Of a DNA stretch of 64,000 bases, positions 1 through 11,229 are shown one piece after another. The notes below the pieces were generated by a model. That model was not told where the DNA came from and searched no databases. It saw only the letters and a list, made by a program, of their open reading frames with translations. Location: positions 29,450,001-29,514,000 of the forward strand of contig NC_088797.1 of assembly GCF_011386835.1 (NCBI RefSeq), read 5' to 3'. The stretch's first letter is position 1; every line of letters begins with the position of its first letter. The stretch is from Chrysemys picta bellii (Eukaryota). The position numbers were made by a program, and so were the translations under genes.

Positions 1-300
1 GTTGTTTTGGTGAGGGTTGTTTGGCTTCTTGCTTTTCAAAGGGGGTGGGGTGAAGGATGTTTATCCTGCGTGTGTGTAAGGGATGGGTATGTGGTGTCGG
101 GGGGTGGGGGTGTTGCCAGGTGTGTCTATGTCTACTGTTTCAGGTGTGTAGTATCGGGGTATGTGTCTGCGTCATTTCAGGTATGTCTGTGTGTAGTGAC
201 GGGGTGTCTGTGTATGGTGATGGGGTGTCTGTGTGTGATGCTGGGGGTGTCTGTGTGTCATTTCAGGTGTGTGTGTGGATGGTTGATGTTACAGTTGAGA
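1..300. repeat. GT-rich low-complexity repeat (gtgtct/gtgt-type)
   Basis: Reiterated gtgtctgtgt and ggggtgtctg motifs; the V/C-rich ORFs here are artefacts of this composition. Confidence 0.7.
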
Positions 301-607
301 TATTAGAAACAGATGTTTCCTCCCCCCATACAGATATGTACAGACCAAAGAAACCAGTCCGTAGACTCTCGCCTTCCCTCCCAGCCAGTGGGCCTCTCCT
401 GTCCATGGGCAGGTGGGATGACGATTGGGAGGCACCGCATTGTGGTACCCGATGGGTCCCTGCAGCTACCCACATCCCGAGCCTCAATGCCCACAGCTAC
501 CCCTACATCCCAGGGAACCCCACAGATCAGCGATCCCACGTGCGTCCCCTACATCCTGTGCTGCTCTGGGGGGATGAGAAAACTCACTATCCTCGTCCCT
601 TCCCCAG

Positions 608-792
608 GTTCCTCTGCCTCGCTTAGGCTTCACTGCCTGGCATAGCTAGCCTTGTGTGGCATGGATCCCATTGCAGGGGAAGGCCGGAGAGCCAGCATCT
701 GGGGGCTGCACAGGCCTCTGCACATGGGCAACCCATGGCAATCCATAGGGGCAACTCAGAGCAGGGAGGGTTTTGGCCTTCAGGATCAGCTG
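608..792 (+). other. Possible non-coding 5'UTR exon of PELI3
   Basis: Pyrimidine-rich acceptor ccttccccag at 598-607 and donor CTG|gtgagg at 792/793; the first coding exon has an acceptor one base before its ATG, so an upstream exon must exist. Splice signals only. Confidence 0.3.
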
Positions 793-889
793 GTGAGGGG
801 GCGAGGGGGAATAGGATGTGGGGTCTTTCCCTTCTAGATGGCTGGCTCTGACCCAGCCTGAGTGAGGGGGGACCAACTGAAGGGAAAGT

Positions 890-1124
890 GTTTTCCTGGT
901 AACAAGAGGGGTATTAAAGATCTAAAATGTCACTGTGATGACAGGGATTCCAGTTCAGGAATGTTGCCATGGAAACAATGGGGTTGTTATGGTCTGGAGC
1001 ATCGCCATGATGATAGTGGATATCAGAAATCAGGGATGTTGCCATGGTAACATGGGGTTGGGAGAGCTCAGGAGTGTTGCCATAGTGACAAGAGGTTAAG
1101 TGTTAGGGGCATTGTCGTGGCAAT
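890..1124. promoter_or_regulatory. Array of RFX X-box-like palindromes with ~37-bp period
   Basis: GTTGCCATGGAAAC 963-976, GTTGCCATGGTAAC 1038-1051, GTTGCCATAGTGAC 1076-1089; degenerate copies at 890, 929, 1001 and 1111. Confidence 0.5.
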
Positions 1125-1374
1125 GTCAGGGTGGGGATGGACAAGGGAGGGGGCAGAGTCCTGAGCTGCCCAGCTTTCTGTGTTCCTGTTAGACATAGGG
1201 GAGGTGGGAGGAGAAAGGGGCGGGGAGGTTAACACTTTACCTGCCATGTGGTTGGGACCCACTTCCTTCCTCCCTCCAGATGCACACCATCCACCCATCC
1301 AAATACAGTGGATAATCAGCTGAACATGAGTAAACAGGGTAGTCTGAAATAGGAGAAGGGAGGTTCTGTGTGGC

Positions 1375-1745
1375 GCTGGTGCGGCTGCTGCTGGAATCCT
1401 GCATCCAGTTCTGGTGCCCACGATGCAAGAGGGATGCTGATAAATTGGAGAGGGCTCAGAGGAGAGCCACCCAGAATGAATAAAGGGCTGGAAAACATGC
1501 CTTGTAGTGAGCGACTCCATAAGCTGAATCTGTTTAGCTTAACAAAGAGAAGGTTAAGGGGTGACTTGACCTCAGTCTAGAAGTACCTAGGTGGGGAACA
1601 GCAATGTGATAATACAGAGCTCTTCAGCCTCGCAGCCAAAGATCTAACAAGAACCAAGGGCTGGAAGTTGAAGCTAGACAAATTCAGAGTAGAAATAAAG
1701 TGCAGATTTTTAACAGTGAAGGTAATTAACCATTGGAACAATAAC
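1375..1745 (+). mobile_element. CR1 LINE 3' fragment
   Basis: CR1 ORF2 C-terminal and 3'UTR-type sequence (GLENMPCSERLHKLNLFSLTKRRLRGDL; gctggaagttgaagctagacaaattcag). Confidence 0.85.
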
Positions 1746-1853
1746 TAGATGGGGGTGTAGGGGGATGGATGGACAGAAGGGTAGATAGAGAGATGGGATC
1801 TAAGCCCCAGGTTGCATTAATTATCACTTCATCCCCTCTTCTTTCTCTGCAGG

Positions 1854-4800
1854 ATGGTGCTGGAGGGCAGCCCCGAGGCCGTCAACTCCCAGTCCCTGGA
1901 TCTGCGGCGCTCCTGCCCCAAGGGCTCCCGGGTCTTCCCCTCTGCTGGAGAGGGCTCCCTGCTGAACAAAGAGGCGGTGAAGTATGGAGAGCTCATTGTG
2001 CTGGGGTGAGTGGGGACTAGGGATGAGGTATGATAGGGGGAGCCCTGGGGGTATGCAGGTTGGTTTGTTAGTCTGTCTAGAGTCTCTAGGAGCATTGGGG
2101 CTGTGCAGGCCAGCTTGTTGTAGCATCTCCAGGGGTGCTCGGTATGCATGCTGGTTTGTTATTGTAGGGTCTCTTAGGGATGCTGGGGCTGGTTTATTAT
2201 GGAGGGATAAGGCAAACAAGAGCCCTCTCTGGTAACACAGATCCAGCTGGAGTGGGCACCTTGCCTGGACAGGACTCAGGATACCTGGGTTCTATTCCCA
2301 GGTCTGCCACTGACCTTGGGCAAGTCCCATCCCCTTCTGGAGCCTCAGTTTCCCTCCCACTCCTTGGCTATTCAGACTGTGAGCTCTTTGGGGCAGAGAC
2401 TCTCGCTCACTTTGTGTCTGTGCAACACCCAGCACCATGTGTGTTTGGCGGTGCTGGGACTGCTGCCTTCCTTAGAAGCACTGTTTAACCCTTTGTATGC
2501 TGCTAAGGTACCAGTCAGGCAGCAGGCAGGGCTGGGCTCCCAGACCCATTCCCGGCTATCCCAGAATTCTTTGCTCATTGGTGTTGCTGTGCTGGCCCCG
2601 GGGGAGGGGTTCGGCACTGCCATGACACCTGGTTTCTCTTGCTTGTGTTGCCATCCTGGACCCAGAGAGGAGTGTCTGGCATGGTGGGGGCTGGGCCTTG
2701 TGCTGGCTCAGGAGGGGAGGGTGGTGTGTGTGGGGGAACAGTGTCTGTATGGGACTAACCTCTCCCCCCACAGATACAATGGCTCCCTGGCCAGTGGGGA
2801 CAAGGGCCGACGCCGCAGCCGCATCGCACTCTTCAAGAGGCCGAAGGCCAATGGGGTGAAGCCGGATGTGATACACCACATCTCCACCCCCCTTGTCTCC
2901 AAGGTGAGCCATGCCCCTGCAACCACTGCCCCATGGCCATGGCTTCCAGCAGGCCCACAGGCAGTGCTGCTGCCTGCTTTGGCCACCAAGGGGAGATACT
3001 GCACATAGACACAGCACTGGGGGGCGCCAGCTCTGATCCAGCCCCAGGGCAGGGGACACTGGCTGGCTCGGGGTGAGGTGGGGTGGGGCGGGAGGAGACA
3101 GGGAATGGGATACGGGCCCTTTCCCCACTAGGGGGCGCCAGCTCTGATCTGACTTGGGGGGACAGGGAATGGGGCATGGGGGTGGTGCTGGGGCCATCTG
3201 GCTCAAGTAATGCTCTCTGCTCCCCCAGGCGCTCAGTAACAAGGGCCAGCACAGCATCTCCTACACGCTGTCCCGCAGCCACTCGGTGATTGTGGAATAT
3301 ACGCATGACTGTGATACGGACATGTTCCAGGTACCACACCGTAGCTACCCACAATGCACTGTGGCTCCCCCCTCTCCCCCCTCCATGGCCACTTGCCCAT
3401 GACATCTTAGCTCAGCCACTGCCCCTTCCACCACTGCTTAACTTAGGCTGGGGTCAGGGTGCCCCCTTGTGGCAACAGCAGGCAGAACAGGCTAGGAGCC
3501 AAGGCTTGGCTAGAGCCTCCCCTTTGTGCCCATCAAAGCCCTTGTCTGGCCCTTCTGAGCCAGACACTGACTCTATGGATCCCATTTTGCCTCCCTGAAG
3601 CCTCCACCTGCAGTTCTCACTCACATCCTGACCTAGACTGTTGGGCATTATTGCTGTGCAGCCCCCATGCCCACCCCAGAGGTGGCTGCATCTCAGTGGT
3701 AGGTAAGGGATCCCTGTTTAACCAGCCCCCATGCCCACCCCAGAGGTGGCTGCATCTCAGCGCCAGGTGTGGGGAATCTCGGTATAAACAGCCCCGACAC
3801 CCTACTCCAGAGGTGTCTGCATGTCAGTATTGGGTGAGGAATCCCTGTATAAACAGCCCCCACATCCCACCCCAGAGGTAGCTGCCTCTCAGCCCGGAGG
3901 GGGCAGGAGGAAGCTGGTCGCTCAGAACTAATGTCTGTACAGATTGGCCGTTCTACGGAGAACATGATTGACTTTGTGGTGACGGACACGGCACCCGGGG
4001 GCAGCTGCGCCAGTGAGGGGCAGTCAGCCCAAAGCACTATCTCCCGCTATGCTTGCCGCATCATCTGTGAGCGCAGCCCTCCCTACACCGCTCGGATCTA
4101 CGCCGCAGGCTTCGACTCCTCGCGCAACATCTTCCTTGGAGTGAGTGAGTCCTGACAGTGTCGAGAGGGGACCTCCCCTCTCAGGGCGCTGGCTGCAATC
4201 TGGCTCCTGACCAGTGTCACTGCCTGGCTCAGGGGTCAGGGAATGGGACACAGGGCCTTTCCCTCTAGGTGGTGTGGCTTCAATCTAGCCCCAGGGTAGC
4301 TGGTCCTCGGGACACTTGTTCAGGGAAGCACGTGCCTGAGGTCCCTGCCCTCAGTGGCTGTGAACCCCGAGGGAATACTGGAGGGGGAGCAGGAGCCATA
4401 GGTCATCGCTGGGCAGGGTGCTGGTCAAGGCTGGTGCCCTGTGGCTGAGGGATCTGGGGGTCTTCTCCTGGGTATGATGGGAGTCCAAGCATGGGGGGCA
4501 GCAAGGTCAAGCCCTGGGGAATGGACTGTAAGGGTCGCCCTTGCCCTGGATCACTGGGAATAATGCAGGGGGCTGGGACCCATGAGTAGCAGGGTTACTT
4601 GGCCCTGGTCCTGGTGAAGGTACTGGGAGCCTCTGGGTCCTGGAGGGTGTTGGGTGCATGTGTTGGGCATGGAGGAGGATGGGGCAGATGGCCCCCTTGG
4701 GGGAGGAACAAGGAGCTGGGTCCAGATGGGGGGATTCAGGGGAGGAGCTATAAGGAGTCTCCTCCCTCCCCCCCCCCGTGTTGCCATGACCCCTGGCTGC

Positions 4801-6117
4801 TCTCATTGGTAGGAGAGGGCGGCCAAGTGGAGGACGCCGGACGGGCTGATGGATGGGCTGACGACCAATGGGGTGCTGGTGATGCACCCCATAGGGGGCT
4901 TCAGTGAGGACTCGGCACCCGGCATCTGGCGCGAGATCTCGGTGTGTGGGAATGTGTACGCCCTGCGTGACAGCCGCTCCGCGCAGCAGCGGGGCAAGCT
5001 GGTACGTGGGGCCCCCAACACCCTCCTGGGGGGCCCCGTTCACTGCCAAAGGGGGGCACCTGCCCCACCCCTCCAGGAGGTTCCTCCTGCCCAGGGGGTG
5101 CTCCCACACCCAGCTAGGGGTTTGCAGGGACCTGACTATAAGTCTGTGGGAGGCCCCAGTCCCTTTGGTGGTCATAGAGGAAACCTCCCCCTGCCAATCC
5201 AGGATGGACTCAGCACCCAGAGGGATGCCCCTGGTTTGGAAAAAAAACCCAACCCTTTGGCCTGGTGCTCTTGCCCTGTCAGGAGCACCCCTCCCAGACC
5301 CATGTGTCATGCCCCCTGGCCTTGTATCCTCCCCCTAGCCTGAGCCCCCTCCCCCACACACCCCCAGTCTAGTGATCCTTCCCCCAACGCCCCTCCAACT
5401 TGACCCCGCCCCACCTGTCTGGAGCAGATATCTCCCTCCCTTGGTCCGTCCTGACTTCCCCTTTCCCCTCCCCAGCCCCCACAGCTTAACCTCCCTCCCT
5501 TGGAACTGATGCTCTTATGCCTCCGGCTCCCCGATGCCCATGTCCTGCAGGTGCAGACCGAGTCCAACGTGCTGCAGGACGGCTCGCTCATCGACCTGTG
5601 TGGGGCCACACTGCTGTGGCGGACCACAGCGGGGCTGCTGCTGACACCCACCCTCAAGCAGCTGGAGGCGCTGCGCCAGGAGACCAATGCCGCCCGCCCC
5701 CAGTGCCCCGTGGGCTTCAACACGCTGGCCTTCCCCAGCCTGGCCCAGCGCGGCGTGGTGGACAAACAGCAGCCCTGGGTCTACGTCAACTGCGGCCATG
5801 TCCACGGCTACCACAACTGGGGCTTCCGCAAGGAGAAGGGGGGGCTGGAGCGGGAGTGCCCCATGTGCCGCCGAGCCGGGCCCTATGTGCCGCTCTGGCT
5901 GGGCTGCGAGGCCGGGTTGTACCTGGACGCAGGCCGGCCCACCCACGCCTTCTGCCCCTGTGGCCACGTATGCTCCCAGAAGACTGTGCAGTACTGGGCC
6001 CAGATCCCGCTGCCCCACGGCACCCATGCCTTCCATGCCGCCTGCCCCTTCTGCGGCACCTGGCTCACAGGCGAGCGGGGATTTGTGCGCCTCATCTTTC
6101 AGGGCCCCATGGACTGA
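1854..6117 (+). CDS. PELI3: Pellino-3 E3 ubiquitin ligase, 6 coding exons, 445 aa
   Basis: Exons 1854-2005, 2774-2903, 3229-3330, 3943-4140, 4813-5001, 5551-6117; all GT-AG, total 1338 nt, frame continuous. Pellino motifs VKYGELIVLGYNGSL, IGRSTENMIDFVV, DGLTTNGVLVMHP and RING-like CGHVHG...CPMC...CGHVC...CPFC. The N-terminus MVLEGSPE and the position before DPP3 favour PELI3 over PELI1/2. Confidence 0.95.
2251..2450 (+). mobile_element. MIR/CORE-SINE-like fragment with L2-type tail
   Basis: cctgggttctattcccaggtctgccactgaccttggggcaagtc...gcctcagtttccc resembles the MIR head and core. Confidence 0.55.
3659..3896 (+). repeat. ~64-bp tandem repeat (4 units) of a dispersed intronic motif
   Basis: Unit (tataaa)cagccccc...cccaccccagaggtggctgcatctcag; single copies recur near 30510, 40160, 41220, 44000-44090, 46010, 51357, 52360 and 56755. 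Confidence 0.75.
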
Positions 6118-6410
6118 GCCCGGGGACTCAGCAGGGGGACGTGGACTGAGCAGATGGGGCGGGGCAGGGCCCGGGGACTCAGCAGGGGCGGGGCCCATGG
6201 ACTGAGCCGGGGTACCTGGCGGGGGCCATGGACTGAATGAGGAGCCAGGCAGGAGCGTAAGTGGAGGAGGAGCCTGTGGCCAAAGCGTGCGCGTGCGTGT
6301 GGTGAGGTGAAGCCTGTGGCCTGAGCGGGGGGGACATGGCATGGCTCTGTGGACAGAGTGGGGGATGGGGCAGGTGCGCGGGGATGCCCATGGACTGAGT
6401 TTGAGTGACC

Positions 6411-6416
6411 AATAAA
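6411..6416 (+). terminator. PELI3 polyadenylation signal AATAAA
   Basis: Canonical hexamer about 295 nt after the PELI3 stop codon. Confidence 0.7.
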
Positions 6417-7476
6417 ACAGCAAAAAACCTGGGGGGGGGGACTATCTACAAAGACTAAATGGGCGTGTCCATGTGTCACTTACTGCCCGCCCCCAGATGG
6501 ACCCACTGCCCTGTCCTGCTGTACAGGTCCCCATCTCCTCCCCATCCAGCCCAGTATCCATCCCCGCCACAGCAGGGGCAGGGTGTGCCCCCTGCAGGCT
6601 GTTATCCCAGCCAATGCCCCCTGCTGCAAGAAGTCCCACAGGTGAGGAGAAATGGGGGCAGTAACTAACCCCAGGAACGGGTGCCCCAGCTCCTCAGGGT
6701 CCCTAAGTCTAGTGCCCAAGGGTCCTGAGATGCAGGCTGGGGCAGCGGTGTCAGCCCAGTTCCTGCTAGCGAACATGGCTCACGTGGGCAGCCCCCTAGA
6801 TGCAGCTGCCCTAGCGAGGACCCAGGAGTCCTGGAGGAAACCAGCTGGCTGGGCGCTCCCTGCAGGACACAGGATCTGAGAACTAAGGCAGCCCTGGGTG
6901 TATAACCAGTGGGGAGAGGGAGGTCCCCTGTGCATACTGCAGTGAGGAGACTGTACCCAGTTATGGGGCACGGCGTGTCAGAGAGGAGCTATGAGAACAA
7001 GGCTAGTCTGGACATCCCGAGACTCAGGGAGCCCCTTGGAAGAGCTCCTCTGAAGGAGGATCCCAAAGGGACTCAATCCCAGTCTCTCAGCCCCTCCCCT
7101 TCTGGGAGCAAGGGGTTCCTCCATCCCACAGACAAAGGCCAAGCCAGAACCCCAGGGCCAGGAGCCGATGCTGGTCACATTTGGCCTGGAACGAAGGGGC
7201 GGATGGGGAAGAGCTGACTGACTCTCCATCACTCAGTGGCTGGGGGGCATTGCCAGCCTAGCTGATGCAGGGGTCAGAACAGCCGTTTCTGGCCTTGAAA
7301 TCTATGGAGCAGGATATGGAACAAGAGGTTCTTGGGGACAATTGACTCTTGGCTGTCACTGGTGTGACTCACGCTAACCCTGTGTGGCTCTCTGGCTCCT
7401 CCTGGTGGTCAGAGCCATCAAGAGGTTTGTGAGTGGCCTGTAGCCTTGGAGCTGCCACAGCCGCTCCTTTAGCTCA

Positions 7477-7762
7477 GGCCAGGTCTACACTACCCCCCTA
7501 ATTCGAACTAAGGTACGCAACTTCAGCTACGTGAATAACGTAGCTGAAGTTCGAAGTACCTTAGTTCGATCTTACCTCAGTCCACACTTGGCAGGCAGGC
7601 TCCCCCGTCGACCCCGCAGTACTCCTCTCGTCTAGCTGGAGTACCGCAGTCGACGGCGAGCACTTCCGGGTTCGACTTATCGCGTCCAGACTAGACGCGA
7701 TAAGTCGAACCCAGAAGTTCGATTGCCAGCCGCCGAACTAGCGGGTAAGTGTAGCCAAGGCC
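7477..7762. mobile_element. PIF/Harbinger-type MITE
   Basis: Imperfect TIRs GGCCAGGTCTACACTACCC / GGGTAAGTGTAGCCAAGGCC; 3-bp TSD TCA at 7474-7476 and 7763-7765; internal palindromes. Confidence 0.85.
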
Positions 7763-7863
7763 TCAGACACAGGAATCTGCCTTTACCTTCAGGGATCCCG
7801 GGCTCAGTCCCTGAGATGCGGAGGGGAGTTACATTTATTCTGTGACAGCTAGAGGCTCAAACT

Positions 7864-8364
7864 GGCCCCGTCGCGCTGGGTGCTGCACAGACCCTGACTG
7901 AAATCAGGGCCCCGTCGAGCCGGTGCTGCGCAGACCCGGATTGAGATCAGGGCCCCGTCGTGCCGGGTGCTGCGCAGACCCGCCGGGTGCTGCGCAGACC
8001 CGGACTGAGATCAGGGCCCCGTCGCGCCGGGTGCTGCGCAGACCCGGACTGAGATCAGGGCCCCGTCGCGCCGGGTGCTCCGCAGACCCTGACTGAGATC
8101 AGGGCCCCGTCGCGCCGGGTGCTGCGCAGACCCTGACTGAGATCAGGGCCCCGTCGAGCCGGGTGCTGCGCAGATCCTGACTGAGATCAGGGCCCCGTCG
8201 CGCCGGGTGCTGCGCAGACCCTGACTGAGATCAGGGCCCCGTCGAGCCGGGTGCTGCGCAGACCCTGACTGAGATCAGGGCCCCGTCGCGCCGGGTGCTG
8301 CGCAGACCCTGACTGAGATCAGCGCCCCGTCGCGCCGGGTGCTGCGCAGACCCTGACTGAGATT
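7864..8364. repeat. CpG-rich 44-bp minisatellite, ~11-12 copies
   Basis: Unit gggccccgtcgcgccgggtgctgcgcagaccctgactgagatca repeated head-to-tail with few substitutions and one partial unit. Confidence 0.95.
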
Positions 8365-9009
8365 GGGACCCATCACACTGCACAGACCCAGCAGAAATAA
8401 GGGCACCCTCAGGCTGGGAGCTGCACAGACACACGGTGAGAGACAGTCCCAGCCCCAAAGAGCACTGTCTGGGATTCTGATTATTGGGCATGCAAAGCAA
8501 GGTCACACCCTTTGTTGCTTATGTAGACCAAGCTGTATTCCCAGCCGGGTCCCTCGCCCCCAAATATGGCCAGCCCCTCGCCCCATTCCGACCGGGTCCC
8601 CCAGCCAGGCCTTTATTTGCATTTTAAAAGCTGGATAACACAGAGCTCAGCCTCCCTGAGCAACGACCTGTGTGACCCTTTAGTGAAGTAAACTGGGGCA
8701 CCAGCTTTGTCCGGGACTGGGACACAGGAGCTTGCCCCTAAAGGGGGGTACCGGCTGCAGTCTGGCTCCAGGGTGGGGGACTGGCTGGTTCAGGTGGGCA
8801 GGACCCTCTCCTTTCTGGGCAGGCCCAATAGAGAAGCTGAGGACTGAATGGCCCCGGGCCCAAAGCCCAGCCCAGGGCTGTCCCTTGGGATGGGGGCAGT
8901 GCATCCCTGGGGCTGCTGGGAGGGGGAAATGTAGCTGGCTTCAGCTTCCAGCTGTTGGTTCTTGTTCTGCCTTTCTCCGTGAGCCTAAAGAGCCCTTTAC
9001 TAACGAGTA

Positions 9010-9455
9010 TTGTCTCCCTGTGACACCATCATCAAGTCACCTCTCTACTTTCTCTTTGAGAAGCTCAACGGATGGAGTTCTTTAAGTCACACTCTAAGGC
9101 ACTTTCTCCAGCCCCGCGACCATTTTTGTGGCTCTTCTCTGCACCCTCTCCAATTGTTCAACACCCTTTTTAAAATGTGGCCCCTCCTCATGAGTTGGAC
9201 GCACCACTCCAGCACTGGTCTCCCTAGTGCCATTTGCAAAGGTAACATTCCCTCCCTGCTCCTACTCACTATGCTCCAGTCTACACAGCCAAGGGTCGCA
9301 CTGGCCCTTTTTGCCACAGCATGGCACTGGGAGCTCATGTGGAGTTGCTTGTACGCTGAGACCCCTAAATCCTTCCAGAGTCACTGCTCTCCAGGATATA
9401 GTCCCCATTCTGTAGGCGTGGCCTGCAGCCCTTGTTCCTAGACTTGATCAAGTTT
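9010..9455 (-). mobile_element. CR1 LINE fragment
   Basis: The reverse strand reads KRASATLGC...LGRPVLEWCVQ...KWSRGWRK, typical of the CR1 ORF2 C-terminus. Confidence 0.8.
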
Positions 9456-9459
9456 GCAC

Positions 9460-10245
9460 ATGACACACAAATTGGGGGAGTGGTAAGTAATGAAGGGGAC
9501 AAGTCACTGATTCGGAGTGATCTGGATTGCTTGGTAAACTGGGCGCAAGCAAACAAATAGTGTTTTAGTACAGCTCAATGTCAACGTATACATCTGTGAA
9601 CAAAGAACATGGGGCATGCTTACAGGATGGGGGACTCTATCCTGGCAAGCAGTGACTCTGCAAAAGATTTGGGGGTCGTGGCGTGTAATTAGCCAGTCAG
9701 GAGCTACCGGTGTGACACTGTGGTCAAAATAGCTAATCCGATTTTGGGATGCATAAACAGGGGAATCTCGAGTAGGAGTAAAGAGGATCTTTTACCTCTG
9801 TATTGGACACTGGTGAGATCGCTGCTGGAATCCTGTGTCCAGTTCTGGTGCCCACAATTCAAGAAGGATGTTGATAAATAGGAGAGGGTTCAGAAAAGTC
9901 ACAAGAATGATTTAAGGATTAGAAAACATGCCTTATAGTGAGAGACTCCAAGAGCTGAATCTGGTTAGCTTAACAAAGCAAAGGTTGAAGGGTTACTTGA
10001 TCTCAGTCACCTACATGTAGAATAAATATTTAATAATGGGCTCTTCAATCTAGCAGGGACCGGTATAACACGATCCAATGGCTGGAAGTTGAAGCTAGAC
10101 TAATTCAGACTGGAAATCGGGCATAAATATTTAATGGTGAGAGTAATTAGCCATTAGGACAATTTACTAAGGGCTGTGGTGGATTCTCTGTCACTGACCA
10201 TTTTAGAATCAAGACTGGATGTTTTTCTAAAAGATCTGCTCTTCT
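9460..10245 (+). mobile_element. CR1 LINE 3' fragment
   Basis: Degenerate ORF2 end and 3'UTR (gctggaatcctgtgtccagttctggtgccc; VVDSLSLTILESRLDVFLKD). Confidence 0.85.
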
Positions 10246-10662
10246 TAAAGAACTTCCAGTTTCCATTCGAATTTTTTCCATCTAAATTTTTCCCCCCAAT
10301 CAATTTCACATATAATGTTCCTCAACTTTGGGAAATTAGCCCTTCTGAAGAATCAAGTCTATGTTACTGGTTGGGACTGTTTTCTGTTTGCCCATTTGGA
10401 ATGTAATCGGGTCATGATCTCTGGTCCCTAGGCAACCAGCACCTTCCAGGCCAGTGATTCATTCCTCTTTATCTGTGTATGGTGGAACACCTCTGGGCTG
10501 ATGCCAATGGCCTTCAGACCCTGCAGTACCTGCCAAAAGGTGTGGCAAAGGTGGCTGGATAGCTCATTTAGCTCAACACAGCGGAGCCCATTCATGACAT
10601 CCGATGCAGTGTTGTTTGCAGTGTTGGGCCCAGGATATTAGAGAGACAAGATGGGTGAGGCT

Positions 10663-11087
10663 CAGGGCCGGCTCCGGATTTTTGGCCACCCCAAGCAAAA
10701 AAAAAAACCTGCAGCGCAGCCGGAGCCAGGGTGCAGGGGGACTCCCTGCGCTGCAGATGTGCCCCGGCTAGCGGGGGAAGGGGGAGGGAGCAGGGGGGAA
10801 GAGAGAGAGAGAAGGGGGGCGGCCAGGGCTTCAGCGGGGCGCTGCCACGCGGCCCCGCCGCCTGCCGGGAGGGCTCTGCGCTGCTCCGGTCGGCTGGGAG
10901 GGAAGGACGCGGGCTGCCCTGCTCGGCTTGCTGCGGGGCGCTTCCGTCCTCCACGCCGCGCGGCCAGAGCGGAACACCACAAAAAAAAAAAAAAAAAGCA
11001 GCCATGCCGCCCTAGCATTGGGCGGAATGCCGCCTCCTACAAGCTGCCGTCCCAAGCACCAGCTTACTCAGCCCGGAGCCGGCCCTG
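10663..11087. mobile_element. hAT MITE nested in a Penelope-type short repeat
   Basis: TIRs CAGGGCCGGCTCC / GGAGCCGGCCCTG; 8-bp TSD gtgaggct / gtgaggcc. The host repeat (about 10620-11210) matches the element at 36555-36760. Confidence 0.9.
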
Positions 11088-11229
11088 GTGAGGCCATATC
11101 TTTTATTGGACCAACTTCTGTTGGTGAGAGAGACAAGTGTTGAGATACACAAATGTACCTTGAAAGCTTGTCTCTTTCACCTACAGAAGGTGGTCTCTGC
11201 ATTTTGATTGTCTCACAAGCTGCATGTGA

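Noticed and set aside
7864-8364. CRISPR-like array
   Set aside because: Units are contiguous 44-bp repeats with no unique spacers, in eukaryotic DNA; it is a minisatellite.
9010-10245. Single CR1 with 5' inversion (twin priming)
   Set aside because: The two pieces cover overlapping parts of ORF2 and differ in sequence, so they are two independent insertions.
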